Shown here: piece by piece, positions 26,161 through 41,431 of the stretch
How the letters are laid out: each line of letters opens with the position of its first letter
Position numbering within the stretch: the stretch's first letter is position 1
Assembly (NCBI GenBank): GCA_964016885.1
Contig: OZ024740.1
Span: forward strand, 370,016,001-370,080,000
DNA: 64,000 nt
Source: Eledone cirrhosa
Lineage: Eukaryota
Reading direction: 5' to 3'
Notes under the pieces: model-generated
What the model was told of the DNA's origin: nothing
The model's input: only the letters and a program-made list of their open reading frames with translations
Database searches by the model: none
Made by a program: the position numbers and the translations under genes

Positions 26161-28295
26161 TAAACATGCTGTGCGGCGAATATGTTTATATGCTTTCGTG
26201 CTTATGAAAATCCTGCTCTGCTGCTTAACACATTGCAACATTTAATATCAACATCTGGCACTTCGCTGTCAAACACAAGATGAATGTGTTGGATATATTT
26301 ACGTATGGTATTGTAATTATGATCATACTCTCTCTTATATGTTTTTTGGTAATTCTACTATCGACCATTTTTAGATGCATTATGTAGGAGTAGGAGTTGA
26401 GGCGAATATTTATCTGAAAACGGATATTGTTGTAGTCGGTTATTTGAGATGCAATTTAAGCTCCTGTTGTTAAACATATGATTGTTCTTATCGTAAGGTT
26501 TTCTATAAAATTATCTTAAGGTTAACAATAACTTGGCTATATAGTGCTGTAAGAAAAATTCTAATTTCCCCATAAATATTGTTTACACCAAATTCGAGAT
26601 ATAACTACAGGAATCAAATTAACCTCTGGCATTTTAATGTGAAACGGTAATAGGCATTCATGTGAACATCCGATAAACAGTTTCTCAGAGAATAAATAAC
26701 ATTGTGTAATTTTGTACATTATTTAGATATTTTCCCTTCAACACTTTGACAAAGTACGAGGAAGTCTATGCTTCTTTGAATGAAATCGTAATAATACAAA
26801 ATCAATCATATTCAAATTTACCGAAATAATTAAAAGAATATTATTTATTGAATGATATTGTATTTTTCTTGCAACCTAACAATTGTTTTTTTTTTATCTA
26901 ATTCTCCATGAATTCAATGTGTTAACTTCAAATTAATAATAAGAAAGTTACTAAATGCTTTCGAATTCTTGATAATTTTACAAATGATTTCAAAATCATA
27001 GGCAGTGTCTATCATTAGAAATATGGCAATGAAAAAGTTGTCTTACTCGATGCAACTTCATAAGAAGTTAGTTAAACATATGCAAGTGTAAGCCATTTAA
27101 AGAACAGACTTTATTAGTAGGAAGACTGTTTACACATGAATTATTAACAGTTTGAATTTATAAATTGTGAACATATATATTTATTAGAAAAAAAATTTCG
27201 CACGATGATTTTTTGAAAACCATCAACATCTTAAATATATGACTTTCTTAAGTAAACTAGCCATGTTTACTTAAGATACGATAGCTCGTAAAACATTAAT
27301 ACATTCTTTCTTAACATATAAAAAGCATAACCAATTCATATTCTTATTTAGCAAAGTATGGAGGCGTAGGTTTGCAAAAATAAAGTTATCAATAGAAATT
27401 ATTGTATTAATATATATTTCCATCTTCACAAGAAAACAATCTAAATTGCTGGTTATGAATGTCATATTTAATTTATAGCACTTATATACAATAGATATTT
27501 AGATACAATGGACATCGTTATTTACAGGCAAGTTTCAACAAGACCAGCATAATTTAACGAAATATTTAGAATTGTTTTCTTCCTTCAGGATGTTATCCTT
27601 CATATATTAAGAATATTGAGACATTTTGCATTTGCTTATATTTTCAAATTGTTCGAATATATATATATATATATATCTAGGATAAGAAATATACCCAAAA
27701 TTGAGAAGGTTATTCATATTTGAATTAATAATATGTGCTACAGTTAAACTGTTATCATTTGTTTATTCTTTTCTTAATGTCGACATTTTCCTTTTCACCA
27801 GATACTGTCATTCATTTTATATTTGTGAGAATTTCCTCAGTTGTGATTTAACTGAAAACACAAGCTCTCTTTTTTAGGCATAGAATTCTGTATAGAGTTT
27901 TGTACTATGTTTAGAAAATGTGCCAAAGGCACTACGCAGAAAGGAGTATAAATTAATAAAATCAATATATGTCAAAGCGGAAACACACGCATATATATTT
28001 AGATTTAAGCAGATGTATAGATAGCCTATGGCTAAGAAGTTAACTTTGCAGTCATTAAGCCTCTGGTTCAATCACATATCGTGACATCTTGGGCAAGTAC
28101 CTCCTACTGTATCCTCGGATCTAAACCTAGCCTTCAATAACAATTTTGAAAAAAATATATATTGAGGTCGATATTATAAGTAAATGATTTGAGGGCGGTG
28201 TATCAGCATGTCTGCTGTCTAATTCATTAAAACAGTATAAAAGAGAATAAAATATTCCTATTCTCTATGTTTCTAAGTATATACATGTGCGTGTG

Positions 28296-28326
<31 letters not shown>

Positions 28327-28596
28327 TTATTTATTCATATATATATATTTATTTATTTATATATATATATATATTAAAGGTCGATCGACATATATATAAA
28401 ATAAACATATCAAACACTGACTGGGAATAATTTGTAAAGAGATTAGGAACACATAGTTACATAAGTAGCATATTACAATTTAACAAAAATGTAAAATATA
28501 GATACCTGGCAATTGCTCGGATTTATTTCTTAGAAACTATGAGCTTCATCTACAGTGGCTATGGCGCATGCCATCTATAATATTGTTAGTATTATG

Positions 28597-28656
<60 letters not shown>

Positions 28657-28680
28657 CATAATACTAACAATATTATAGAT

Positions 28681-31040
28681 GTTTATGTTTACGAAGGATT
28701 TTTCAAGGTGATATTATAAAGTATATAAAAGGGTAAGGATATATTGTGGTGAGGAGTAATGAGACTTGAGAAGTATCTAGGAAGAAAAGGTACAGATTAG
28801 AGGTTAGAAATTAAGAGAAAAAAAGAAAAAAAGAAAAAAGGAAAGAAAGAAAGGGAAGCGATAAATAGGAGTGATATAGAATGAGTAACTAGTATTATAT
28901 AATGTATAATAAATAACATTGAAATAAGGTAGAAAGATGGGTATATTTTTAAAGAAATATATATGTATATATATATATGTGCCTTTGAGAAAAGGATTTT
29001 AGATTGGTAAAGTATTAGATATTAGCTGTATACTTTATGGAATGTGCTGTGGAATTTATGCAAGCAGAGAGAAAACAAGTCAGTGCGTCTATTTATTATA
29101 GAATCTAAATTAGATATAATGGTAAATTTCTCACATAAACAGAGATTACATGTCTTGGATAGAGAACCATTCAAGTCTGGAGAAGCAGAACAAACCTTCC
29201 TCCAAGAGATGTTATAGTTAATATTTTTGTCTTTCAAAGACCATATGAGTTCTGAGAGTGCAGTGTTGGGTCTTTTAAGTTGGTATTTAAAAGACGAATG
29301 ATGATTATAAATACGAGCTTTAAAGGAGCTGGAAGTGGAGCCAAAATAAGTAAAGGAATTGGTGCCAGTTATAACTTTACATTCGTAGATTAAGATTTTT
29401 TCAAGACAATGGTTGTTGACTGGACATTTATTTTTAACAGGGCAATTACAATTGCAGTTAGAGAGATTAACAGAGTTATTAACAAGTGACCTAGTGTTAT
29501 CTATAGAAGGAATTGGATTGGAGAAGTTATTTAGAATTGGATTAAGAACATTTAACGAAGTTGCGTTTGACGTTGTATTTGGGGTTGCAGAAATTAGCCT
29601 AGAGTTAACAATGACGTCGGTAGTACTATTACTATTATTATGATATTCAGTGTTGGAAGGAAGAGATTTAGTATTTAGTATTGTATTGCTGTGTTTAGAG
29701 ATAATGTTGGAGATGTTGGAGGAGGTTGAATAGGAAAATGTTATAGTGTGTTGTTAAATATTTTACTATAGATATGTGAGGGAGGGAAGCATTTATTTAA
29801 GGCACTAAAGAATAATTTAGGAATATTATTATTAATAGAGATGGAGAAAGGAGCATTATACCAGACTATGCTTTTGTATCTAGGTCTTTTATTAAAGTTA
29901 TTGGAATTATCATGATTAATTATTCTACTTTAAGACCTTCTAGAATTTGTTTCTTTACTATATTTGATTTTATCAGGATAACCGGCTTTAGAAAGCGCGT
30001 TATTATAGTAATTGGCGTCAGCATCAAAGATGTTTTATAAGATGATAGGTTGGATATTCTTTTTCCAATATTACTAACTATAGCATTCTTAATATTAGTG
30101 GGGTGGTTAGATTTAAAATTAACATAATTTAGGTTCTCATTGTTTTTATGGTAAGGTATAGGCCAGTGTCAAGATTAAGAGATACATCCAAGAAATTAGC
30201 TAGTTTGATGTTATCAAATTCAATTTTTAAGTTATGTCGGTTAAAGAGATTACGTATATTGTTCTTAATAATATTAAGGTTAACTATGTTGCAATTTAGG
30301 ATAGTAAAGAGTCAATCGTCACGATAAATTCCACCCCGAAGTTGAGGAATTTTCCGATTCAAAGAGTTTAAAATAAAGATACCAATTACATCTGTCAATT
30401 GGGATGAATCGGATGCTCCAATTGTAATGTCAAAGTTGTTAGAGGTATCAGCTCTGGTCCAATATTCATTGTTGAACTCTAGGATGGTTTTACGTGCGGT
30501 GAGAATGATGTGAAGTTTATCTGTGGTGATGTCTGAATATTTGTAAGCGAAAGATAGAGCATTGTTGAGAAGTGAGGGCGAAATAGAAGAATAGTAGCTG
30601 ACAATATCAAATTGAATACATTTTTGTTTGTTTTTCTTATTCAATTTGTTGAGCCAGCCAATCACTTCAGAAGTACCAAACCATAAATTTAAGTTCAAAG
30701 AAGAGCAATTAGAACGAACCTGTGGGATAATTCTATCCAAGATGGCTTTGCTAACAACCCCCAGATCTGATTTATAGGGAGCGATTAGTCTAACAGGTAG
30801 TTCAGTACGAAAGTTGTTTTTGTGATCCTTGAGATTTATCCTCGGAGTTCTTGGGAGGAATGGTTCGGTCTTTTTTCCGATGCCAAGTTTTGACATAATC
30901 TCAGAAGCTTCAAAGTTTATGGATTCTAAATTATCATGATCTTATATATTATTTATACTCCAGTCCTACAAACTGTAGAGTGCTACTTATCCGATATCTG
31001 CATTGCTTTATTGTACTACAATAAAACTGACCTCCTACAT
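28681..31040 (-). mobile_element. Naiad-type PLE family 2, decayed 5'-truncated copy with inverted tail cap (30936-31040)
   Basis: LKDHKNNF...VRLIAP.KSDLG, QFDIVSYYSSI, FDITIGASDS, GIYRDD; C-terminal CNLCLCEK...NRR.DLFS.C.H. Frameshifted. High similarity to 62117-63470. Confidence 0.9.
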
Positions 31041-31047
31041 ATATATA

Positions 31048-31819
<772 letters not shown>

Positions 31820-31929
31820 AATGTAATCTGAGGTTTTCGAATATTAATAATAACATTCGATTCGTTTGCAATTATGCAAACACGCCTCAATGTTATAGCT
31901 ATGTCAGTAGCTATAACATGTGTTGGCAT

Positions 31930-31995
31930 GTGAACAGAACTGCAGACACTAATGTTTCTGGGTATCACCCTTCATCAGTACAGCTCACTGTTCAC
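31930..31995 (-). ncRNA. Extended type I hammerhead ribozyme, GUC triplet
   Basis: GUGAACAG-UG-AGCUGUA-CUGAUGA-A-GGGU-GAU-ACCC-A-GAAA-CA-UUAG-UG-UC-UGCAGUU-CUGUUCAC. 15-bp stem I with a 2-nt bulge. Confidence 0.85.
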
Positions 31996-32050
31996 CTGAC
32001 AACTGTCAGAGCTAGTGAAAATATATGCTATTTTCAAAAATACACACTCA

Positions 32051-32149
32051 CTGATCGGCCTGATTTGCATATTAGCAGACTGGCTGATCAGACAGATCTG
32101 CATATTAGCAGATTCACTGATCAGTCAGATTTGCATATCAGCAGACTGG
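32051..32149 (-). promoter_or_regulatory. Three 33-bp repeats carrying octamer ATGCAAAT motifs upstream of the hammerhead
   Basis: ATTTGCAT at 32063 and 32129, with a variant ATCTGCAT between. Function is inferred. Confidence 0.45.
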
Positions 32150-32739
32150 CCAGTCAGTTTCCTGTATACGAGCGATAAATATCCGGCTTTGCCAAATTCA
32201 AATAAAAAATAAAATCTTCGCTCTGCATGGCTGAATACAATAAATGTAATCTGAGTTTTTCGAATATTAATAATAACCATCGATCCGTTTGCAATTATGC
32301 AAACAAGCCTCAATTTTATAGCCATGTCAGTAGAATGAACCCTTCATTCTTGCTTTTTTTGTTAGTATTGAGCTGTACTGATGAAGGGTGATACCCAGAA
32401 ACATTAGTGCCTGCAATTCTGTTCACATGCCAACGCAAGAACAAGAATGAGGGGTTCATTCTACTGACATGACTATAAAATAAAGTACCAGTAATGTACT
32501 GGGTAATTGCTGGCCTTGTGCCAAAAATAAAAATAATTATTAATATTCGAAATACTCAGAATACATTTATTGTATTCAGCCAAGTAGAGCGAAAATTCTC
32601 TTTGAGGAGCAGGTGTTAAGAACAATAGCTAGGCAGAATAGATTAGACGTGCCGAAGAAGAGATGAAAGGTAAGAAACAAGGGATATGAGGTCATGAAAA
32701 TGTAATGAAAAGAGTAAGATCAATTTCAGATTGGAAGCG

Positions 32740-33155
32740 TACAATACTAGATGGTATACATGGATACTACATAAAATCATTTACGACTGGAAATGATGGC
32801 TTATGAAAAGAATTACAGAATTGTGAGGTCGTTTTTATATCTGAATTGTTGGTTGAAGGTTGTACATTCCTGACCAACGTCAAAGCAACAGCAACAGAAT
32901 TAGGGACCTATAGTCCCATTGTACGGATGATTTTGGCAGGAATATTATGTGACACATAATACACTCATTTAGGACACAATAATCATATAAACGATAAACA
33001 GAAAGGCTGTAGACAGCGGTGTCAAAGCACTAAAGATTAGTTACCAACAGGCAGATGTATCAAGAAAAACTATAAAAGGAGGGGAACCGATTCGTGCATC
33101 GCCTGAACTGACCACAATAAGGCGTTTGATATGGTTCCACATTCATGGATCATTC
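32740..33155 (+). pseudogene. R4/Dong-like non-LTR RT remnant
   Basis: DGIHGYYIKSFT; GCTFL...YSPIV; QKGCRQRCQSTKD*L...KNYKRR...IA*TDHNKAFDMVPHSWI. Confidence 0.75.
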
Positions 33156-33656
33156 ATAACGAAATTCAAAGGTGACCTACCTACAAATTTTCCCAATCCA
33201 TTATCTTCAGTTGTGTATGATATTGCGGTTTGATTCTTCTTTAGTTCTGAATCAGTCGATGTAGTTAGAAAATAGTTTCACCCATGACCTCTCTCATACT
33301 TTTTTTTAATCAGTTCCAAAGATAACTTAACATTACTTTACTGACAAATTATCTCTGCGCCTATGTATAAATTTTGTAGAACTGTCATTTAGATCAATTT
33401 TGTCGACTTCGAGAGAGAAATGACAGTATCAGAATAGCAGGAACGAGAAAAGTAGTTACGGAAATAAGATTTAACTACTGAAAAAAAAAGAACTAAAAGC
33501 AAACTATCCTAATAACAACATAAGCTACAGTTACCATCATATATATTGATAGGAGTTGCAAGATGGTGTAGTAGGGTAATGGTGTATGAGTGTGAGTGGT
33601 TCAGAAATTGCAGAGTTAGTATAGAACAATATATATATATACACACACATATATAT

Positions 33657-33750
<94 letters not shown>

Positions 33751-34433
33751 AAGAGAGTATTGAAGTTTGCTTGAAGGATTGTGGAATAATAAGGTAAATT
33801 TCTTTAAGTCGTTTTGAAGCCTCGACAATGCAGATGGGTAAATCCCCGGGTAACAAGATCCGATGGTGGAGAGAGAGATGTAAGTGCGTGTACGTAGAGA
33901 TGCGTGGCGTGTATAAGACTGTAGCGTGTAGAAGAATGAAGGAAAGAGCGTAAAGGATAAAACTTCAAATAAAAACACGAGATAGAGTTACTTGGGAGAG
34001 ATTTAATTGTCCCTATATATTCCGGATTCACATCCATCAACTGAGTTTTTTCCGGGCGGGGGGAGCTTGTCTGTCGGAAAGGTGCGAAACGTGTCCTCCG
34101 CTGTTCGTTGTTTTGAATATCTGAGGTATTCAGCAGAGCGCGCGTGCGCGTGAAATGGGGTCGGTCAGGCAGAGGTCAGTGGCCGAAGTAGTTCTTTCAA
34201 TTGTGGGAGTGGGGTGGCGCTAGCTGTCAGTCCATATATATATATATATTGCTTTTGAAAACAGCTGGTGATATGCATGTAAGTAAATATTCTCTTTATC
34301 TGATATTTTGTAACTAACCTTACAAAGATCAATAACGGAGTATAGCTACAATGTATTATAATCAGCTAGAAACGATCGTAAAGCAGTGAAGTATATATCT
34401 AATTACTTGATTTTTTATTTCATTGTTTTAACT

Positions 34434-34525
<92 letters not shown>

Positions 34526-34561
34526 CATAGTGGTAGAGCACTCAGTCCATGAGACGAGTTA

Positions 34562-34714
34562 GGTAGAAGTGGTTACACAACAGTTAGTTCACCACCGACA
34601 TCAATTGTTTCACCTTAGCGGATCCTCACCACGTAATCGTTTACGAGCTGAGGATCCGCTAAGGTGTAACAATTGATGTCGGTATGGTGAACTAACTGTT
34701 GTGTAACCCCTTCT
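34562..34714. mobile_element. Fold-back remnant with hammerhead core
   Basis: ~66-bp inverted arms. Composite (C)UGAGGA-U-CC-GCUAA-GG-U-GAAA-CA-AUUGA-UG-UC. The 5' strand of stem I is missing. Confidence 0.65.
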
Positions 34715-34746
34715 ATGTATATATATATATATACACACACATACAA

Positions 34747-34826
<80 letters not shown>

Positions 34827-35336
34827 ATGTGTGTGTGTGTGTGTGTATGTGTGTGTGTGTGTGCGTGCGTGTGTGTATGTATGTATGTATGTATATGTAC
34901 ATTTGCTTAAAAAGATGAAAAAGACATAAAAAAGCATATAGAGAAAAACAAATTTGAGAGAATTGAATGGGAGGAAACAAAACATTAGACATCCTCGTAA
35001 TAGTCAATAAGACCTGGTAAACAATTGACTTTCACGGAAAGAGAGAGTTGATATATCAGTAGCAAACAGCTTCGAAGGTGCAGAATGAAGCAATTCTGCA
35101 AAATACAAGTAACATAAATGATTATGAGCGTATTTAATGTCTACAGTCACTCGAAATCAACACGATTGGTATAGGCGCAAAACAATATTTTAGATAAAAC
35201 AAACAGATGTAATGAAAACGTATATGTGTATGTATGCAGGTAAGTATGTATGTACACACACACACACACACTCACATATATATAAACATCCAAGGGAATA
35301 CAACCGATATATCAGTAAAAACACACACATACATTC

Positions 35337-35400
<64 letters not shown>

Positions 35401-36845
35401 GTGTGTGTGTATGTGTGTTTTTGCCTGTGTGTACGCGTGTGCGATATATCCGTATATACGTGCAATTATGTGTTTCTGTGGGAGGGAGTATACGACCAGA
35501 AAACAGTATTCACTGCATACAGAATTACTTATTCATGTCGCTAGAAGATAGAACTTGATAGGTTGCCAAATGTTTCACATCTGGTAAACACTATTTCAGT
35601 GCCGTTGATTGAATAATAGATGTGATTTATATTCAGTTATTTCAAATATCAGCAACTATAATGTAATCTGAACTGTGTAAGTTAATATTGCGTGGTCCTG
35701 TGGCGAGAATTTAGCATGCCAAGAATGTGATACAGTCAGAGTTCCTGTACAATGCTTTTGTTTTATTTTCACTTCATTTACACTTCATATGGGGATGTTC
35801 TTGGGAATAAGCACGTACGTAACACTTGGCATTAAACGCTTCTCTAAATTTAGATGCATGTTTTCGAATATTTAAAACAGTGTGTGTAATATATTTCATA
35901 GACTTTGGAGTATATTATATACTAGATGCTGAAAAACAATTCTTTGATAAAATTATTTCCAGTGTATTAAACTATCTTAGCTACTCTCATGACATTCTAC
36001 ATAGGTTTTGAGTAACTAGCGAGTACTGTATAATCATAGTTATTTTTTATTTACCATGGAAGTAAATACATATATATTTACATAGATTCTGAAGGTTGAT
36101 TGATCACATTACTTCGATATAGTGACTAACTGATAGTAGTTATGCAACTCCATAACATTAGTTTCGATACTATAAGTATATCACCATTTTCTTCAAAGAT
36201 AATGATGAAGACGTTGAGATGGATTCAACAGTAATATTATAGTTTCATAACCACCATTAATCTGTCACAATATCGATTTATCATGATCAATCAACTTTTT
36301 GAAACGATCGTAAAACAATAGATTAATTAAGCACTTAAGTTTGCCTTATATATAATTGTGTGTACAAATATCTAATAGTATTTCCTCAGGACAGAAAGCA
36401 AATATTTGAAGCGCAATATACAATATGTATAGTAAGATATGATTAGGCTGTTATTGAAATAGCAAAAATATTATCCTCAAAAAATTATTGACTGGAGAAA
36501 TCAAGAAGAACAAATCAATGAAAAGCAATCGAGATATATGAGAAAAAAATGTGTAAATATATATACTACTAAAAGTCTGTGGTTATGTCTTGGCTGTAAT
36601 TAATACTGCCAAAGCGCTGCATAATGGGAAAATACATTGAAAGGAAGTAGCCACTTAAATTGTAATACAAATGGAATAAAACAAGTTTCACATAAATCGT
36701 AACACGAGTTTCCGAGATATAGGGTTTTTTCAGATACCTTCATAAATAGAGAGAGAGAAAGAGATACTGGTTGTGAGAGAGTAGCGAATATTTCCTGCTA
36801 AATAGGAAGGATTTCTAAGTGTGTGTGTGTGTATATGTATCTATA

Positions 36846-36950
<105 letters not shown>

Positions 36951-37526
36951 AAGCGGTTAGAACATCAAAATAACATCGAAGCGGCGTTGGGTAAAATATT
37001 ACCTCGGACAACTGAGATCAGCGGCTGGATTTGAGTCGACTCGAACGGAGGAAGCGAAGATAGGAAGGAGGAAAAAGAATGTATGGAAGTGAACAGGTCA
37101 CAATCATTAAAATATGCTGTTCAGATTTCAACCTTCTGCAGTTTCGACGAATTATTGAGATTATTGCGAAGCATAGTAGGCTTGTAACGGACAAATATCT
37201 TCGTTCACATAATGTTGTGTTGGGACAGGTTAGAGAGAGAGAGAAAGATGGAGGACATCCGATCGACCTCGTCGTCGCGTGAAAGGAAGAATTTTGGCGT
37301 CGTAAGTAGAGCTGGCCTGTAGAAGGGAGAGAAGGAAAGGAAGAAGGCAACGGTGGGAGGGAGAGGGGAAAGATAGGGAGCAGTGAGAGAGAATGGAGAG
37401 AAAGAAAGAAGGAAAGCATGGGGACAGAAGAAGAGGGAAGAAAAGACAACTCACCACTGGTATGATATCAATCCGCGTTAGAAAACCTAGGTAGCATTTG
37501 AAGGTATAAACAAATTAACACGAATC

Positions 37527-37559
<33 letters not shown>

Positions 37560-37564
<5 letters not shown>

Positions 37565-37760
37565 AAAGTTCTATTTAAAATTGTTGGGATACAACAAGTA
37601 AATATTTTTATAACTGATATTTTTATAACTGATATTTTTAAAACTGTTATATATTGTATTTTGTCTGATGAAGGCATACCATAATTTAATTTGGTATCCC
37701 TGAAATATGTATAATGAAATAAATATGGTTTTATAAATATAGTTTCCATTTATTAATATC

Positions 37761-37762
<2 letters not shown>
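37560..37762 (+). mobile_element. Short pLTR insert with hammerhead (37657-37721) and inverted tail cap
   Basis: UAUUUUGU-CUGAUGA-AGGCAUACCA..UGGUAUCCCU-GAAA-UAUGUA-UA-AUGAAAUA. 37560-37620 is the reverse complement of 38446-38506. Confidence 0.8.
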
Positions 37763-37815
<53 letters not shown>

Positions 37816-38010
37816 CGTGTGTGTGTTTGTGTGTGTGCGTGTGCGCGCGTATGTGTGTGTATTGTTATATTTGTGGAGGGTCATATTGTTATAATATTGC
37901 CAAATATATATAATAGAACATACTGTTTGGTTTGGGTTGGTTTTCGCTTCTGGATATTGTATATCCCTATAGCTAATTTACCTGCAATCAATAGTTGATT
38001 GACCAACATT

Positions 38011-38054
<44 letters not shown>

Positions 38055-38087
38055 CGTGATTGTGTCTGTGTGTGTGTGTATATATAC

Positions 38088-38506
38088 TATATTAACAAAT
38101 GGAAACTATATTTATAAAACCATATTTATTCCATTATACATATTTCAAGGACACCATGTTAAATGATGGTGTGTTTTCATCAGGTAAAATATAATATAGA
38201 GCAGTTTTATAAATAAATATTGACATACCCTTAAAGAATGCAACCATTACAGTAATGGTTGCATTCTTTAAGGGTATGTCAATATTTATTTATAAAACTG
38301 CTCTATATTATATTTTATCTGATGAAAGCACACCATAATTTAACTTGGTGTCCTTGAAATATGTATAATGAAATAAATATGGTTTTATAATTATAGTTTC
38401 CATTTGTTAATATCGTATTTTTACTCCAATTATTTGTTGAGTGCTTTATATCAGTTATAAAAATATTTACTTGTTGTATCCCAACAATTTAAATAGGACT
38501 TTTACA
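38088..38506. mobile_element. ~325-bp palindrome centred at 38251 with a hammerhead in each arm (38127-38191 minus, 38311-38375 plus) plus tail
   Basis: Same family as 37560-37762. Both cores have intact CTGATGA and GAAA. Confidence 0.82.
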
Positions 38507-38520
38507 TATATATATATATA

Positions 38521-38620
38521 TTTATTAAAATAACAGATTAAAGTTTAAGCAAAGAATCGCTGCTTTCATCCTTAACGGGATGTTCTTTGGATTTTAGTCT
38601 TCAAATTTATTATTATTACT
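38521..38620. mobile_element. Minimal two-ended Naiad family-1 insertion
   Basis: Inverted pLTR end (...TTAAACTTTAATCTGTTATTTTAATAAA) joined to the tail TTTGGATTTTAGTCTTCAAATTTATTATTATTA. Same structure at 60772-60858. Confidence 0.8.
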
Positions 38621-38683
38621 ATATATATATATATATATCCAGGGGGGTGTAACTGAGAGTCACTGCAGGCTTAGTCGGGAGAG

Positions 38684-38736
<53 letters not shown>

Positions 38737-38805
38737 CCTTTCAATTTCATTTTACATTATATACATGTGTATATTTTAATTATTTTAAAATGTTTTTAAG
38801 TGAAA

Positions 38806-38832
38806 GTGACCCAACGGGTCACGGTAGACTAG
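38806..38832 (+). mobile_element. Helitron-like 3' terminus
   Basis: Hairpin GTGACCC-AAC-GGGTCAC followed by CTAG|T. Confidence 0.55.
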
Positions 38833-38892
38833 TATCTACTACCAACAATATCTCCTCTCTATCTCCCACACGATGATATTCTGTTATTATCG

Positions 38893-38947
<55 letters not shown>

Positions 38948-40920
38948 CACTCCCCCTCTCTATAGCTACCACACAGCTCTCATTATATCATTCTCTATAT
39001 CCATAACCACTAAACTCTTCCTCTCTCTATATCTACCGTACACTCTCTGCCAACACCCCTCTCTATATCTAATACCTTCAAACTTTACCTGTTTCTATAT
39101 CAACCACACCGCACTTTCTCATTAGCACCCTCTCTATATCTAACACCAATTATCTCTCCCCCTCTGTATATCTATTACGACAGTATCATCTCCAGCCCCA
39201 ATCTTTATATCCGTTATCAATAAAGTCACTCGCTCTCTATATCTATAATACTCCTACCTCTGCCAATACCCCCTCTCTATATCTACTACCACCAAACTCT
39301 ACCCTTCTCTATATGCAGGTTGTTCACGAGTGGGAACACCTAGAAATCTTCATATACTAATTACAAACAGTAAAGCGAAAAATCTAGTGTATCTGGAAGA
39401 TTATTTACAGACTTTTTCTGTCGCACACTCACACCATGGTCACGCCTCATACTGTAAATCAAACAAACATCATTTTTCTCTTCTAGCTATATTTTCTGTT
39501 TACCCGGGCAAAGCTGGGTACGTCAGCTAGTATATACACATATCTTCCACACGTCGCTCTCTATATCCATAACCACTAAACTCTCAACCTCTCTATATCT
39601 ATCGTACTACACTCTCTTCCAACACTCCTCTCTATATCTACTATCACCAAATCTCCCCCTATCTATATCTACCTTACAAAACTCTCTCCCAACACTTCCT
39701 CTTTATATCAACAACCTTCAAACTCTAACCCTCTCTAGATCGAACATACGGCACTCTCTCAGTATCCCCCTCTCTATATCTAACACCATTAATCTCTCAC
39801 CCTCCCTATATCTATTACGTCTGTATTCCTCCCAGCAACACTCTCTATATCTATTATCAATAAACTCTTTCCCACTCTATATCTCTCATACTCCTATCTC
39901 ACCAAACAACACTCTATATCTGCAATACACCTGTTTCTAACAACATTCCTCACTATATCTACTACCACCAAACTCTCCCTCTCCCTATATCTACCATACA
40001 GTACTCTCTCATTATATCACACTCAATATCCATAACCATTAAACTCTCTCCCTCTTTATATCTACTGTACAACATTCTCTCCTAACACCCCATTCTATAT
40101 CTACTAACTTCAAGCTCTACGCCTCTCTATATCAACCACATGGCACTCTCACATTATCTCCCAAAACCCCTCTCTATATCTACCGTACAAGCATTTTGCC
40201 CAACACCCCTCACTATATTTACTACCAGAAAAATCCCACCTCTCTATATCAACCACACGACATCCTCTCATTGCATCACTTTCTATTACCATAACCATTA
40301 AATTCTACCCCTCGCTATATCTACCGTACAACACGCACTCTCAACACCCCCTCTCTATATCTACCACACGGTACTTTCTCATCACACTCTAACACCAATA
40401 TCTAATACCAATAATATCTCCCCCTCCATATATCTATTAAACTGTATCTCTACCAGCAACACTCTCTGTATCTATTATCACTAATTCCTCCACCTCTCTC
40501 TATCTCCCACACAGCACTCTCTCATTATCTCTCTATATCCATAACAACTAAACTCTCTCGTCTCTATACCTACCATACATCACTCTCTCCCAACACCCCT
40601 CTTTATATATGCTACTTTCTAACTCTCTCCCTCTCTAAATCTAACAGCAGTAATCACTTTCTCTCTATATATGTAGGTTGTTCACTAGTGGAAACACCTA
40701 GAAATATTCATATACTGTGAACGAACGGTAAAACGAAGAATCTAGTATATCCGATAGATAAGGATTTTTATAAAGATTATTTACTTTTTTGTTGTTATCA
40801 CACAAACACACACACCACGGTCAAGCCACGTACTGAAAACCAAACAAACACCCAACACAGTCATTTTCTCTTCTACCTGTCATCTCTGGTTACCCGGGCT
40901 AAGCTGGGAACGTCAGCTAG
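38833..40920 (+). mobile_element. Helitron-like non-autonomous array: C/T-rich ~30-bp degenerate minisatellite with two 3' end modules
   Basis: Repeated CTCTCTATATCTA units. Duplicated modules 39316-39530 and 40673-40920 end in TACCCGGGC(A/T)AAGCTGGG..CGTCAGCTAG|T. Confidence 0.62.
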
Positions 40921-40938
40921 TATGAACTAAAAATAAGC

Positions 40939-41010
<72 letters not shown>

Positions 41011-41110
41011 AAAATGTTCAAGACCCTGATGACAATCCTAACTATTGAGTACTCTGGCGCGTTATGGTCGACCTGGTACCTTACCACACTTCCTTCGTTA
41101 TATATATATA

Positions 41111-41235
41111 TCATCATCATCATCATTCTTCGACTACTGTCGAGATGATGGATTTCACTCTCATGCCCCAGAATTCCCTGTCCCCCATCGCTGCCCCCAG
41201 GTCCTGTCTACTGATTCCCGTATCCCTAGAGATCA
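41111..41235 (-). mobile_element. RTE-group LINE extreme 3' end with (ATG)n tail
   Basis: Minus strand ISRDTGISRQDLGAAMGDREFWGMRV...EE*, then (TGA)n. Confidence 0.6.
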
Positions 41236-41378
41236 TTATAATCAGAAACAGGAGCCGGGAAAGCAGGGGCTGGACCTATATCAACAGGTATACCATATAG
41301 TGTGGTTCCCTGAGTAACAGGAACCCTGGTGCAGTTAGTTGCGAAATCCATCATCATTTCTAATGATTCTATGGACTT

Positions 41379-41431
<53 letters not shown>

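Noticed and set aside
36700-36745. Further degenerate hammerhead-like traces (also near 11435-11460, 18280-18315 and 33810-33860)
   Set aside because: Core too mutated and stems not supportable; not counted.
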